Shown: one piece after another, positions 12,934 to 21,439 of the stretch
Numbering within the stretch: position 1 is the first letter of the stretch
Layout: each line of letters starts with the position of its first letter
Source of the DNA: Candidatus Lokiarchaeum ossiferum
Lineage (GTDB): Archaea; Asgardarchaeota; Lokiarchaeia; Sigyniarchaeales; Promethearchaeaceae
Reading direction: 5' to 3'
Length of the DNA stretch: 32,000 nt
Assembly: GCA_025839675.1 (NCBI GenBank)
Contig: CP104013.1
Location: 1-32,000, forward strand
Translations under genes and position numbers: made by a program
Notes under the pieces: model-generated
The model's input: only the letters and a program-made list of their open reading frames with translations
What the model was told of the DNA's origin: nothing
Databases searched by the model: none

Positions 12934-13845
12934 TTGATTGAACAAAAAATTTTATCAAAAACTCAAGAATCTCCCAAAAGGACCCAAAGTTTTCTGATTT
13001 GTGGGATTGCATATTTATTCGGTCTGTGTGGGGGAATATTTGTTGGTATTTTATTAGATGACTTACATATTCTTCTCTCGACTTTTATAGCAAATGTTGT
13101 TGCTACTCTAATTGTCTACGGATTTAGTATGATATACAAGAATGCAAGTTTGTATGATCCATATTGGAGCGTACAGCCATTTATTATCGCTATAATTTGG
13201 GTGATCTTATCCCCGATTCGATCGCTTCTGATCCGTCAAGTTTTGACAATCATTGTCATCACTCTTTGGAGTTTTCGCTTAACCATTAATTGGATTAGGG
13301 GATGGCAGGGATTACAACATGAAGATTGGCGATATGTAAATTTCAGGGAGAAAAATCCAAAACTATTTTGGTTTACCAATTTAATGGGTATCCAATTAAT
13401 GCCAACTATATTGGTTTACGTTGGTTGTATATCCATATATCCTGTGTTTTTTGGGACAACCCAAAATAATTTTGGTTTTTTGGATGTTTTGGGAATTATA
13501 TTTTGCATCGGGGCTACGTTAATCGAATTCTTCGCTGATGAACAACTAAAAATTTTCCAGAAAACAAAGAAAAAAGGTGATATTATGAATCTCCATCTCT
13601 GGAAATATTCCAGACATCCAAACTATTTTGGAGAAATTTCATTTTGGTGGGGATTGTTTTTTATTGCTTTAGCAGTAGACCTTCAATTCTGGTGGTTAAT
13701 CATTGGACCGGCATTAATCACACTTCTTTTCATCTTTATTAGTATTCCAATGATGGAAAAGAGACAGCTCTCAAACAAACCAGCATACCTTGATTATATT
13801 ACTCAAACATCGATGCTTATCCCTTGGTTTCCCAAAAACAAATAA
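12934..13845 (+). CDS. DUF1295 / steroid-5-alpha-reductase-like membrane protein
   Basis: A multi-TM protein with EDWRY and the characteristic LWKYSRHPNYFGEISFWWG motif near the C-terminus. It uses a TTG start and has no early ATG. Confidence 0.7.
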   Translation: MIEQKILSKTQESPKRTQSFLICGIAYLFGLCGGIFVGILLDDLHILLSTFIANVVATLIVYGFSMIYKNASLYDPYWSVQPFIIAIIWVILSPIRSLLIRQVLTIIVITLWSFRLTINWIRGWQGLQHEDWRYVNFREKNPKLFWFTNLMGIQLMPTILVYVGCISIYPVFFGTTQNNFGFLDVLGIIFCIGATLIEFFADEQLKIFQKTKKKGDIMNLHLWKYSRHPNYFGEISFWWGLFFIALAVDLQFWWLIIGPALITLLFIFISIPMMEKRQLSNKPAYLDYITQTSMLIPWFPKNK

Positions 13846-13875
13846 TTTTTTATTAATATTTTTTTGAATATATAC

Positions 13876-14757
13876 ATGCCCTTAGTCTCTGCTTATTTAT
13901 TACCTCATGGCATGCAGCTCATTCCTGGGTTGGATAAGAAAAGGTTCTCAAAATTTGAAGCTCTAACTAAGGATTTTACCACAATTAATAAACACATCAA
14001 AAAAAAATCACCGGATAGAGTTATTCTTATTTCTCCTCATGGAATTGCTTTAGAAGAATCTTTTTGCATTTTAATGAATGCCAATGCACGGGGTTATTTG
14101 CCGGAATTAAATGATTCTAATGTTGATGGGGTATTAATTAAAGAACAATTGAATATTGCTTTAGATCCAGATTTTTCTGATGATTTGTTTAAATATCTAA
14201 AAAAGAATGGAATCAAAGTTGATTCACTTGTCTTTGGATCGAAAAATTTCTATTCACCTATCGCTTGGGGGGAAATAGTCCCTTTGTATTTTCTTCAAGA
14301 ATTTCTTTTAAAGGTTCCCGGCGTTATAATTACTCTTCCGCAAAGTAGATATGATTTTGCCAATTTCAAACCTAAACTTTTTGAAATGGGTGTAAAAATA
14401 GGTGAATTCTGTCAAAATTGTCCTGAACGTGTTTCTCTAATTATTAGTGGAGATTTATCTCACAAACATCAAAATGAAAGTATTTTTGGGTATCACCCTG
14501 ATGGGAAAATATTTGATAATTTAATAAACAATTGGATCGCCCACCCTTCTGAAAAATCATTCTTAAAACAAGCTCAAAATCTGAATATCAGTGCTGCTTC
14601 ATGTGGAATATCAACTCTTACAATTTTAGATGGTATTTTTGATACTTATTTTCGGCAGAATGGTTGTTCGTGGGAAGGTCAATTGGTAAATTACGCAGTC
14701 CCAACTTATTTTGGAATGGCTTTAGGGATATTTGAACCAAATAAACACAAAGATTAA
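13876..14757 (+). CDS. class III extradiol dioxygenase (LigB) superfamily-like protein
   Basis: It has an N-terminal LLPHG, then ISPHG, and later SGDLSHKH. The spacing resembles the metal ligands of the LigB/DODA family. I made the assignment from motifs only. Confidence 0.5.
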   Translation: MPLVSAYLLPHGMQLIPGLDKKRFSKFEALTKDFTTINKHIKKKSPDRVILISPHGIALEESFCILMNANARGYLPELNDSNVDGVLIKEQLNIALDPDFSDDLFKYLKKNGIKVDSLVFGSKNFYSPIAWGEIVPLYFLQEFLLKVPGVIITLPQSRYDFANFKPKLFEMGVKIGEFCQNCPERVSLIISGDLSHKHQNESIFGYHPDGKIFDNLINNWIAHPSEKSFLKQAQNLNISAASCGISTLTILDGIFDTYFRQNGCSWEGQLVNYAVPTYFGMALGIFEPNKHKD

Positions 14758-15701
14758 AAGACAAATACAGTTGAATTTAAAACGAGTTTAGTGAGTTCTA
14801 CTAAATTTTTACTTGTATTATATTGGGCTATTTTTATTCCAAATATAATCACATCAAACAACAAGATTCCTAGTCCCAAATTTTTAAGAATTGGATCTGA
14901 TTTCGAATAAAATGTCAGGAAAGTTCCTAAAATGAAAGTTAATATGCAGTAAATGGTGCTTTTTTTAAATTTTGATCCGTAATTTTGATGATATTTCTGC
15001 AATAAATTTGCTAACTCTAAGAATTCATAAATCTGCTTTTGTTCTTTATTTTTTGGATTAGCATACAGTTTTCTTTTTTTTGTAGTAGGTAACGAATTAA
15101 AGGTTATTGCATCAATTTTTAAATGAACCATTTTCCTTTTTTCTAAGCTTCTAAGTTCCTGAATCATCCTAGAGATTAATGCTCCCGATAAGAATAAAAA
15201 TCCAATGAATTTCACAAATTCAAATATTTTGAATGAATTAAGTAGCACCGAATTCAGAGAAACGATGATTATCCCAATTAAACAAGATCCCAATAACATA
15301 TAGAGAATTTTTTTTTTTTGAATCGATTTTTCCAATGAGAAATAATCCTTATCTTCTTTAAGGATATAATTTTGAAATTGCGCATAAAAGAGATTTGTAT
15401 TTACCCCTCTAAGTTCAAAGGTTCGTAGATTAAACATATTTTCAATATAATCGTTATTTCCTTTTTTTTCTCGATAGAGATAGGAAAACAAGATAGAAAC
15501 CCCAATGCCAATTGAAAGGAATTCGATAAAGATCATAACATATATTACTGTGTTTGAGAAAAGTGCTAGCGTGTTATCAATTTGTATCCATAATACAAGA
15601 ATTATAAATAATGAGAGCAAACAATAGATTAAAGTTGGTGTAAACTGATCAATTTGATTTCTTGTAATAAGAGTATTTTTTTGTTGTTCGCTCATAGTCA
15701 T
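14754..15701 (-). CDS. hypothetical multi-pass membrane protein
   Basis: An ATG start and a long open frame, with several hydrophobic segments separated by K/E-rich loops. I recognise no family. Confidence 0.5.
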   Translation of the reverse strand: MTMSEQQKNTLITRNQIDQFTPTLIYCLLSLFIILVLWIQIDNTLALFSNTVIYVMIFIEFLSIGIGVSILFSYLYREKKGNNDYIENMFNLRTFELRGVNTNLFYAQFQNYILKEDKDYFSLEKSIQKKKILYMLLGSCLIGIIIVSLNSVLLNSFKIFEFVKFIGFLFLSGALISRMIQELRSLEKRKMVHLKIDAITFNSLPTTKKRKLYANPKNKEQKQIYEFLELANLLQKYHQNYGSKFKKSTIYCILTFILGTFLTFYSKSDPILKNLGLGILLFDVIIFGIKIAQYNTSKNLVELTKLVLNSTVFVF

Positions 15702-15917
15702 CCTATCTATTGTTTTGTTCGGTCAATTTGTAAATTAAACCTTTATCTCCGATTGTTTTGTTGATTTTATTAAATTCTGGAACTCCCGAAATTTAAGTTA
15801 CAAAGAAGTTTTTCATCATAAAAACTTAGTTTATTCACAAGATTGTAACAAGAATTAGAGAAATTTTCATTAGGAAATTTCCAAAAAAAATGGTAATTTT
15901 TCCATTTTTGTTTAAAT

Positions 15918-16664
15918 TTACTCGAAAAAAGTTTGTTGATAAAAATGCGATTGAGAGAACAGATCAGCATAAGCCATCAAACTAATCACAAATGATATAA
16001 TCCAAAATTTTTGCAATAACCCAGGTTGAAACCAAATTGGAGTAGTATGTTGAAGATCATATAAATATGAAATCATATAAAATATTGACGATAGGATTTC
16101 AAATCCAGCAAAACAGAAATAAAGTGGATTAAATTGTACTCCCTCTTGTGACAAGTTAATCAGTAAGATAACTGTGCAAATATTCATTGTCAAATAAAAT
16201 GCAAACATTCCTAATACTCCTACAAGGTGTCCTATCCTCGATATATCAATTTGAACTGACCCCATCCAAATAACACATAACACAGCCCCATAAAGAAAAC
16301 TGGCCAAGAGTTTCGTGTATTTCAAATGTGAAAAATAATTAGAAAATAAATATCCTACAATAAACGATTGAAATGTGAGAAATATCGGAAATCCCGTGAA
16401 TATTACTAAAGCTGTGGTATTTTTTTTATCATTTACTTGCGTTTGGGCGATAAAACTTGAAGGGTGTTTTGAAAATCGGTGATCATAGATTGTGGTTTTA
16501 CTTGCTATAAACAAAAAAAACAAGCAAAAGCTTCCACTAATGATAGATATAGGTTTTATCAATTTTTGGGGAATATCAAGAAAAATATCAAACAGAACGA
16601 TTAAAATTAGTCCCATTAGAGTTATTGCAATGGAAAACCTTGACCACTTATTTCTATTCCACAT
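15918..16664 (-). CDS. multi-pass membrane protein, paralogue A of a tandem pair
   Basis: ATG start, about 6-7 TM segments. It shares the motifs IDISRIGHL and LLQKFWIISFVISLMAYADLF with the neighbouring gene. Confidence 0.6.
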   Translation of the reverse strand: MWNRNKWSRFSIAITLMGLILIVLFDIFLDIPQKLIKPISIISGSFCLFFLFIASKTTIYDHRFSKHPSSFIAQTQVNDKKNTTALVIFTGFPIFLTFQSFIVGYLFSNYFSHLKYTKLLASFLYGAVLCVIWMGSVQIDISRIGHLVGVLGMFAFYLTMNICTVILLINLSQEGVQFNPLYFCFAGFEILSSIFYMISYLYDLQHTTPIWFQPGLLQKFWIISFVISLMAYADLFSQSHFYQQTFFE

Positions 16665-16689
16665 AGGATATGTTCATGAACGTAAGATG

Positions 16690-17388
16690 CTATAACAATC
16701 TTGCGAAAAGATCTATAGTGAATAGGAGACTTATATTGCTTGCAAATATCCAAATTTTTTGAAATAAGGATGCACGGTAATGGGTAAAATATGCGATTAG
16801 ATATATTATCGCAGAAATGATATGAAAACCGCATGCAACTAGATAATATGAGGGAATTGTTATGTTAAATTGTTGAATATAAAACAAAAAGTTTACAATA
16901 GCGATATTTGCACCTAAATATAATCCTAACCAAAATGCTGTTGCAAATAAATGTAAAATGCGTGAAACGTCAATTGGGATTAATGTCATCATAATTACTG
17001 CAACCACAACTCCCAGAAGGACGTAGGAAATAATGATTAAATAAACATTATTTGGGTACATTGTCGATATTAAATTCGCGAGCAAGAATACAATTCCACC
17101 ATAAGAAATTGAAAAACCTATGAATAAAACTGCAGATTTGACATTGGATTTACCTTTTGCATTAAGTTGACCTAAAAAACTGATGGGATTTTTAGTAATT
17201 TGATGATTATAGGATGCAAACTTGTGGGCTAGCCCTAAACTGATGTATTCTCCAATGAAAAATATTATTGCTGGCCATATATAGTTGTTTTTGGAGAGAA
17301 TGAACCCTTTATTCAGAGCATACACTAATAATATTGTACAAATTGTTATACTCATCCAAAATATTTTCCATCGGGTCATCAATTTCAT
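16690..17388 (-). CDS. multi-pass membrane protein, paralogue B of a tandem pair
   Basis: ATG start and the same architecture as the gene at 15918-16664 (IDVSRILHL, LFQKIWIFASNISLLFTIDLF). Confidence 0.6.
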   Translation of the reverse strand: MKLMTRWKIFWMSITICTILLVYALNKGFILSKNNYIWPAIIFFIGEYISLGLAHKFASYNHQITKNPISFLGQLNAKGKSNVKSAVLFIGFSISYGGIVFLLANLISTMYPNNVYLIIISYVLLGVVVAVIMMTLIPIDVSRILHLFATAFWLGLYLGANIAIVNFLFYIQQFNITIPSYYLVACGFHIISAIIYLIAYFTHYRASLFQKIWIFASNISLLFTIDLFARLL

Positions 17389-17522
17389 ATTAATTTCTCT
17401 TTTCTGCCATTTAATCTCATAATCAAAGTAGAATATTAATTTTAAAGTTTTGAAGTTATTTTAATTACATTTTGCAAATGATTTATAACTTTGTTGAAAT
17501 AATAAGGATCGGAAGTAATAAA

Positions 17523-18038
17523 ATGAATACTCAATTTCCCCCTTCTCTCTTTAATTGGTGTCAAAAGATCCCTCTCAATACTAACGAGCGTCCTTCATGG
17601 GATGAATACTTTTTATTAATGGCGTTTATGGTTTCACGTCGAAGTTCATGTCTTAGAACTAAAGTTGGAGCGGTTATTGTAAAGGATAAGGATACTATTT
17701 CAACCGGTTATAATGGTGCTCCTAATCTTCAAAAAAGCTGTCTCGAACTTGGTAAATGTTATCGAAATGATAATGAAATTATAAGTGGAACTCAACTCGA
17801 AAGTTGCCGTGCTTCAGGATCTCACGCTGAATCCAATGCAATTGCTTTAGCAGCAAAAAATGGACACTCTACTGCTGATGCAACTCTCTATTTGTATGGA
17901 CACAATTTTGTTTGTAATATGTGTCGGGGGATCATCTCCAATGCTCATATAAAACGGGTAGTTCATCTAAAACAAGATGGAAAAATTGAAGAAATTGATG
18001 TTCGAAACCAATGGGATACAAATATTTTAGATCAATAG
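17523..18038 (+). CDS. deoxycytidylate (dCMP) deaminase / ComEB-like cytidine deaminase-fold protein
   Basis: WDEYFLLMAFMVSRRSSC, GYNGAP, HAESNAI (zinc His plus catalytic Glu) and VCNMC (the zinc Cys pair). The start is set at the ATG of MNTQFPP. An alternative ATG lies at 17478. Confidence 0.85.
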   Translation: MNTQFPPSLFNWCQKIPLNTNERPSWDEYFLLMAFMVSRRSSCLRTKVGAVIVKDKDTISTGYNGAPNLQKSCLELGKCYRNDNEIISGTQLESCRASGSHAESNAIALAAKNGHSTADATLYLYGHNFVCNMCRGIISNAHIKRVVHLKQDGKIEEIDVRNQWDTNILDQ

Positions 18039-18081
18039 CCTCTCAACAATTTGTCTAAAAGAGAAGTTCTACGGATGATTT

Positions 18082-18831
18082 CTATTTGTTCCAAATATCA
18101 AATTGAGCATCAAAAAATTTCATTGCTAACTTAAATTTATGTCTATACTCAGGATCAAATTTTTCAATTTGCTTGATTCGTCGATCGACAGATTCCTTTT
18201 TCAAGATTTGTTTTACTGCTGCTTTAAAATCGGAATTTAGTATATTAGATTTCATGATTTTCGAGAATTCGAAACTCTTTTGATCTTCATCGGTGATCTT
18301 ATCAATTATCTCAAGGTCGTGAACAATATTTTTAAATAGAGGGTTAATTTGGGATAGAACTTCGGCGACCTCCCGAATTTTAGCAAAATATTCCTCACTG
18401 GAAATATCAAATCGAATTTTTTCAGGATTATGAGGTTGTTTTCCAATTCCTGAACGTTCTCGACTATATAGCGAGCGAAGATAATTATTACTCGCCTCAA
18501 TGCGTTGTTCTGGAGGTATTGATTCGTCTGTCATGAGTTTTCGCATATAAACTTGATATTTTCCTTCGATTTTTTCAACCAATGTGGTATTCTTAGTTTT
18601 TATAAGGCGGATCTTGGGTTGGGCTTGGATAAATTCAATAATATTAAGCCATTTTTCTGCAGCGGAAGGACTTAATCCTACTTCTTTTAATTGACTTTTA
18701 GGAAATACTCCATTTTGTTTTTCAATAAATTTAAATATATCCTCAATCCGTTCTTGATTGGTCCTACGTTGTTTAACAGGAAAATCAGAATGAATGTCCT
18801 TATCTGCATTTGAACTCGAGTTTTGGACCAT
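18082..18831 (-). CDS. hypothetical protein with an N-terminal winged-helix-like segment
   Basis: The ATG at 18831 is one codon inside the TTG used by the ORF track. The N-terminal ~100 aa look like a wHTH (IFKFIEKQNGVFPKSQLKEVGLSPSAAEKWLNIIEF). The remainder is helical and K/E-rich. Confidence 0.5.
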   Translation of the reverse strand: MVQNSSSNADKDIHSDFPVKQRRTNQERIEDIFKFIEKQNGVFPKSQLKEVGLSPSAAEKWLNIIEFIQAQPKIRLIKTKNTTLVEKIEGKYQVYMRKLMTDESIPPEQRIEASNNYLRSLYSRERSGIGKQPHNPEKIRFDISSEEYFAKIREVAEVLSQINPLFKNIVHDLEIIDKITDEDQKSFEFSKIMKSNILNSDFKAAVKQILKKESVDRRIKQIEKFDPEYRHKFKLAMKFFDAQFDIWNK

Positions 18832-18834
18832 CAA

Positions 18835-18928
18835 TAAATATCAATAAATCCAAGTATAAAAAGGAGATATATTATTGTATCTTTGGATCATATTAACATT
18901 TTATAGGGTATCTAATTTGTATTTTCAT
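18835..18928. promoter_or_regulatory. divergent promoter region with two TATA-like boxes
   Basis: ttttatag at 18899-18906 lies 23 nt before the ATG at 18929. On the minus strand, tttttata (18862..18855) lies ~24 nt before the ATG at 18831. These spacings suggest leaderless or near-leaderless transcripts. Confidence 0.35.
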
Positions 18929-19258
18929 ATGAGTAATGTTAATAAAAAGAAGAATTTGGACATATTGCAGGAAAAAAAAATCCATACAATAAAACGAATT
19001 CCCACCTTAGAGGAAATCAAACAAAAAAATAAATCAAAGTATCATAATGCTATGAATCAAATTTCAACATCTAAAAAGGAATCTGACCGAGATTTAAATA
19101 ATGTTGATAAAATAGAAGATGTAAAGAAGAGATTTGCAGGAGGCGTTATGAATAAACGTCTACTCGTCAGATCTATGATGAATATTTTGGCAGAAGAAAC
19201 AGATTATGAAACCCGCAATAAAGATTATTTAAAACCTAAAGAAGAACAAGTGGATTGA
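18929..19258 (+). CDS. small lysine-rich hypothetical protein (~109 aa)
   Basis: The start is set at the ATG of MSNVNKKKN. Its stop is 3 nt before the ATG of the EutA-like gene, which suggests translational coupling. Confidence 0.5.
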   Translation: MSNVNKKKNLDILQEKKIHTIKRIPTLEEIKQKNKSKYHNAMNQISTSKKESDRDLNNVDKIEDVKKRFAGGVMNKRLLVRSMMNILAEETDYETRNKDYLKPKEEQVD

Positions 19259-19261
19259 AAG

Positions 19262-21346
19262 ATGATAGATGCCAATCAACAAAAAATTATTGCAAATTTT
19301 AAAATTAATCGAGATTCCTACAAATTGGGAAATATCAAGTATATTGAATTTTTCTTAACAAAAATAGACCCAGAAAATGTGGAACACCTTTTAGAAATCT
19401 TTGAGCAAAAATGGGACGAGTTATTGGATGAACATGAACTTGAAGACACTACGGATATTTCCCGATTTTATAGGTTAATTACCACATTTAAACCTGCTTT
19501 ATCTTCAATAGTAAAACCTGGACAAACCTTTGATAGCATTTGTGATGTGGCGGTTGAAAGTTTCAATGGTGTTTTAAATCGGATACGAAGGCAGATAAAT
19601 GATATTAAATTTCGGAATAAACCAAAAGGTGCCATATTGCCTGGGAGTAATAAATCGTTGACATTATCTTATTTTTGCACAGTTTGCAAGCAAATTTTGA
19701 ATGTAGATCCGAAAAAACAAGATGAAATTCTTAATTCTGAAGACAAAGTGGAACTTCCAAAGCATTGTGATAAAGAAATGGAAATAAAAATTATCCGCAA
19801 TCCCCCAAAACCTAAGGAAGAACAAATTGTCAAAGAAATAAAGATTTATCCCGCGGAATTGCTGATGGGACATCTCGATTCTTCGGAGGCACATGCAGAA
19901 TATCTCAAAGTTATGAGTGTGGGAATTGATATAGGTTCTTCAACATCTCATTTGATTTTTTCACAGTTGACTTTAAAACGAGAGATGAGTTTTTTTAATC
20001 TTTCAAACCGATTTGTGACAGTCAATCGTGAGATCAAGTACGAGGGAAACATCATTTTTACCCCATTAATTGATCGGACAACCATTGATATTGAAGCTAT
20101 TGTTGATTTTTGTAAGGAAGAATATAAGAAAGCAGGATTTACTCCTGAAATGGTCGATACCGGAGCTGTTGTTGTAACAGGAGAGACTGCTAAAAAACAT
20201 AATGCTGCTGAAATAGTGCGGCGACTTTCATCCGAATCAGGAAAATTTGTAAGTGCGACTGCAGGTCCTAATTTTGAATCTGTTCTCGGTGCTATGGGGA
20301 GTGGAATCGTTGCCCTTTCTAAACAAAACCAAAAAACCATTCTTAATGTCGATATCGGAGGGGGCACCAGTAATCTTGCAATTTCTTCAAAAGGAACCGT
20401 ACTCAGCACCGCATGTATTAATGTTGGCGGCCGTCTTCTAGGAATTGATAAAAATTTCAAAATTTGGAGGATTGATGGTCCAACAGAATTTGTCATGAAA
20501 TACCTTAATATGCATTACACCCTCGGAGATATAATTCCTGAAGTGGATGTTATAAGAATTTCTCGAGAATATGCAAAAATCCTTTTAGAAGTGATGTCTG
20601 GTCGGGCACAAAGTCCCCTTGCTAAAGATCTACTGATGACTGAAGATCTCGATTTCTCAATTCCAATAGATGAAATCTCCTTTTCAGGAGGTGTTGCAGA
20701 AATGATTTATGGTAATAATGCAGAACATTTTGATGATATTGGGAGTTATCTTGCAGCTGAAATAAAAAACCTCATCACAGAAAAGGGTATAACTTTAATT
20801 GAGCCCGAAAATAAGATACGTGCTACCGTAATTGGAGCAGGTGCATTTTCTCTTTCCATTTCTGGGTCCACTTGTTATTATGATCTGAATATTCAACTAC
20901 CTATGGAAAATATACCGATTATTCCAATAAACACTACCCTTGAGGATGTGCGCTTGAATTTCTCCAAAATGAGAAATGAGGTTACTTCAGCGCTCCGGAA
21001 TTTTGATTTTCAGGAAGGGGAAGATGTTGTTGCATTCTATTTTAAAAATCCAATGATACGTTCTGATATTAGTTTGTTTGCAAAAGCCATTGAAAGCGCA
21101 TTGCCGAATTCCATCGAAAATTCTAAAATAATTCTTATAATTTTGGGTTCTGATGGCGGAAAAATCTTGGGATTAACATTAAAGAAAGAGACTTCTATCA
21201 AGTCTAATTTGTTTTGCTTAGATGAATTAGATTTGAAGGCGGGAGATTGGATAGATATTGGGCGACCTTTAAAAGAAAGCAATGCATTTCCAATAACGAT
21301 TAAGAGTTTAGTTTTCAATAAAGAAAAAAAACCAAATGGGGAATGA
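19262..21346 (+). CDS. EutA-like ASKHA-fold ATPase (ethanolamine ammonia-lyase reactivase family) with a ~205 aa N-terminal extension
   Basis: Residues ~205-694 are colinear with EutA as I recall it: SVGIDIGSSTSHLIFSQL, VDTGAVVVTGETAKKHNA, ATAGPNFESV, ILNVDIGGGTSNLAI, ACINVGGRLL, SFSGGVAEMIY, IRATVIGAGAFSLSISGST, AGDWIDIGRPL and ITIKSLVF. The N-terminal part has no EutA counterpart. Confidence 0.8.
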   Translation: MIDANQQKIIANFKINRDSYKLGNIKYIEFFLTKIDPENVEHLLEIFEQKWDELLDEHELEDTTDISRFYRLITTFKPALSSIVKPGQTFDSICDVAVESFNGVLNRIRRQINDIKFRNKPKGAILPGSNKSLTLSYFCTVCKQILNVDPKKQDEILNSEDKVELPKHCDKEMEIKIIRNPPKPKEEQIVKEIKIYPAELLMGHLDSSEAHAEYLKVMSVGIDIGSSTSHLIFSQLTLKREMSFFNLSNRFVTVNREIKYEGNIIFTPLIDRTTIDIEAIVDFCKEEYKKAGFTPEMVDTGAVVVTGETAKKHNAAEIVRRLSSESGKFVSATAGPNFESVLGAMGSGIVALSKQNQKTILNVDIGGGTSNLAISSKGTVLSTACINVGGRLLGIDKNFKIWRIDGPTEFVMKYLNMHYTLGDIIPEVDVIRISREYAKILLEVMSGRAQSPLAKDLLMTEDLDFSIPIDEISFSGGVAEMIYGNNAEHFDDIGSYLAAEIKNLITEKGITLIEPENKIRATVIGAGAFSLSISGSTCYYDLNIQLPMENIPIIPINTTLEDVRLNFSKMRNEVTSALRNFDFQEGEDVVAFYFKNPMIRSDISLFAKAIESALPNSIENSKIILIILGSDGGKILGLTLKKETSIKSNLFCLDELDLKAGDWIDIGRPLKESNAFPITIKSLVFNKEKKPNGE

Positions 21347-21439
21347 GTTATTATAATGTGGTGGGACTTCAAAGTCGCTTGATGGGGTTTAAAGTGAATT
21401 TAAAAGAGATCAAAAAAAAACCTCAAAGGGAAATTTTTA

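Noticed and set aside
15770-15970. A 66-aa minus-strand ORF between membrane-protein genes.
   Set aside because: It overlaps the 3' end of the 15918-16664 gene, is Phe/Asn/Lys-rich as expected from random AT-rich sequence, and has no start context.
19262-21346. Interpreting the EutA homologue as evidence for an ethanolamine-utilisation (eut) operon or a microcompartment.
   Set aside because: No EutB, EutC, shell protein or cobalamin-related gene is present in the window, so I call only the family membership.
19664-21372. The antisense or alternate-frame ORFs 19664-19894, 19948-20496, 20253-20441 and 21037-21372.
   Set aside because: They lie entirely (21037-21372 almost entirely) within the strongly supported EutA-like CDS, and their translations are low-complexity with no recognisable motifs.
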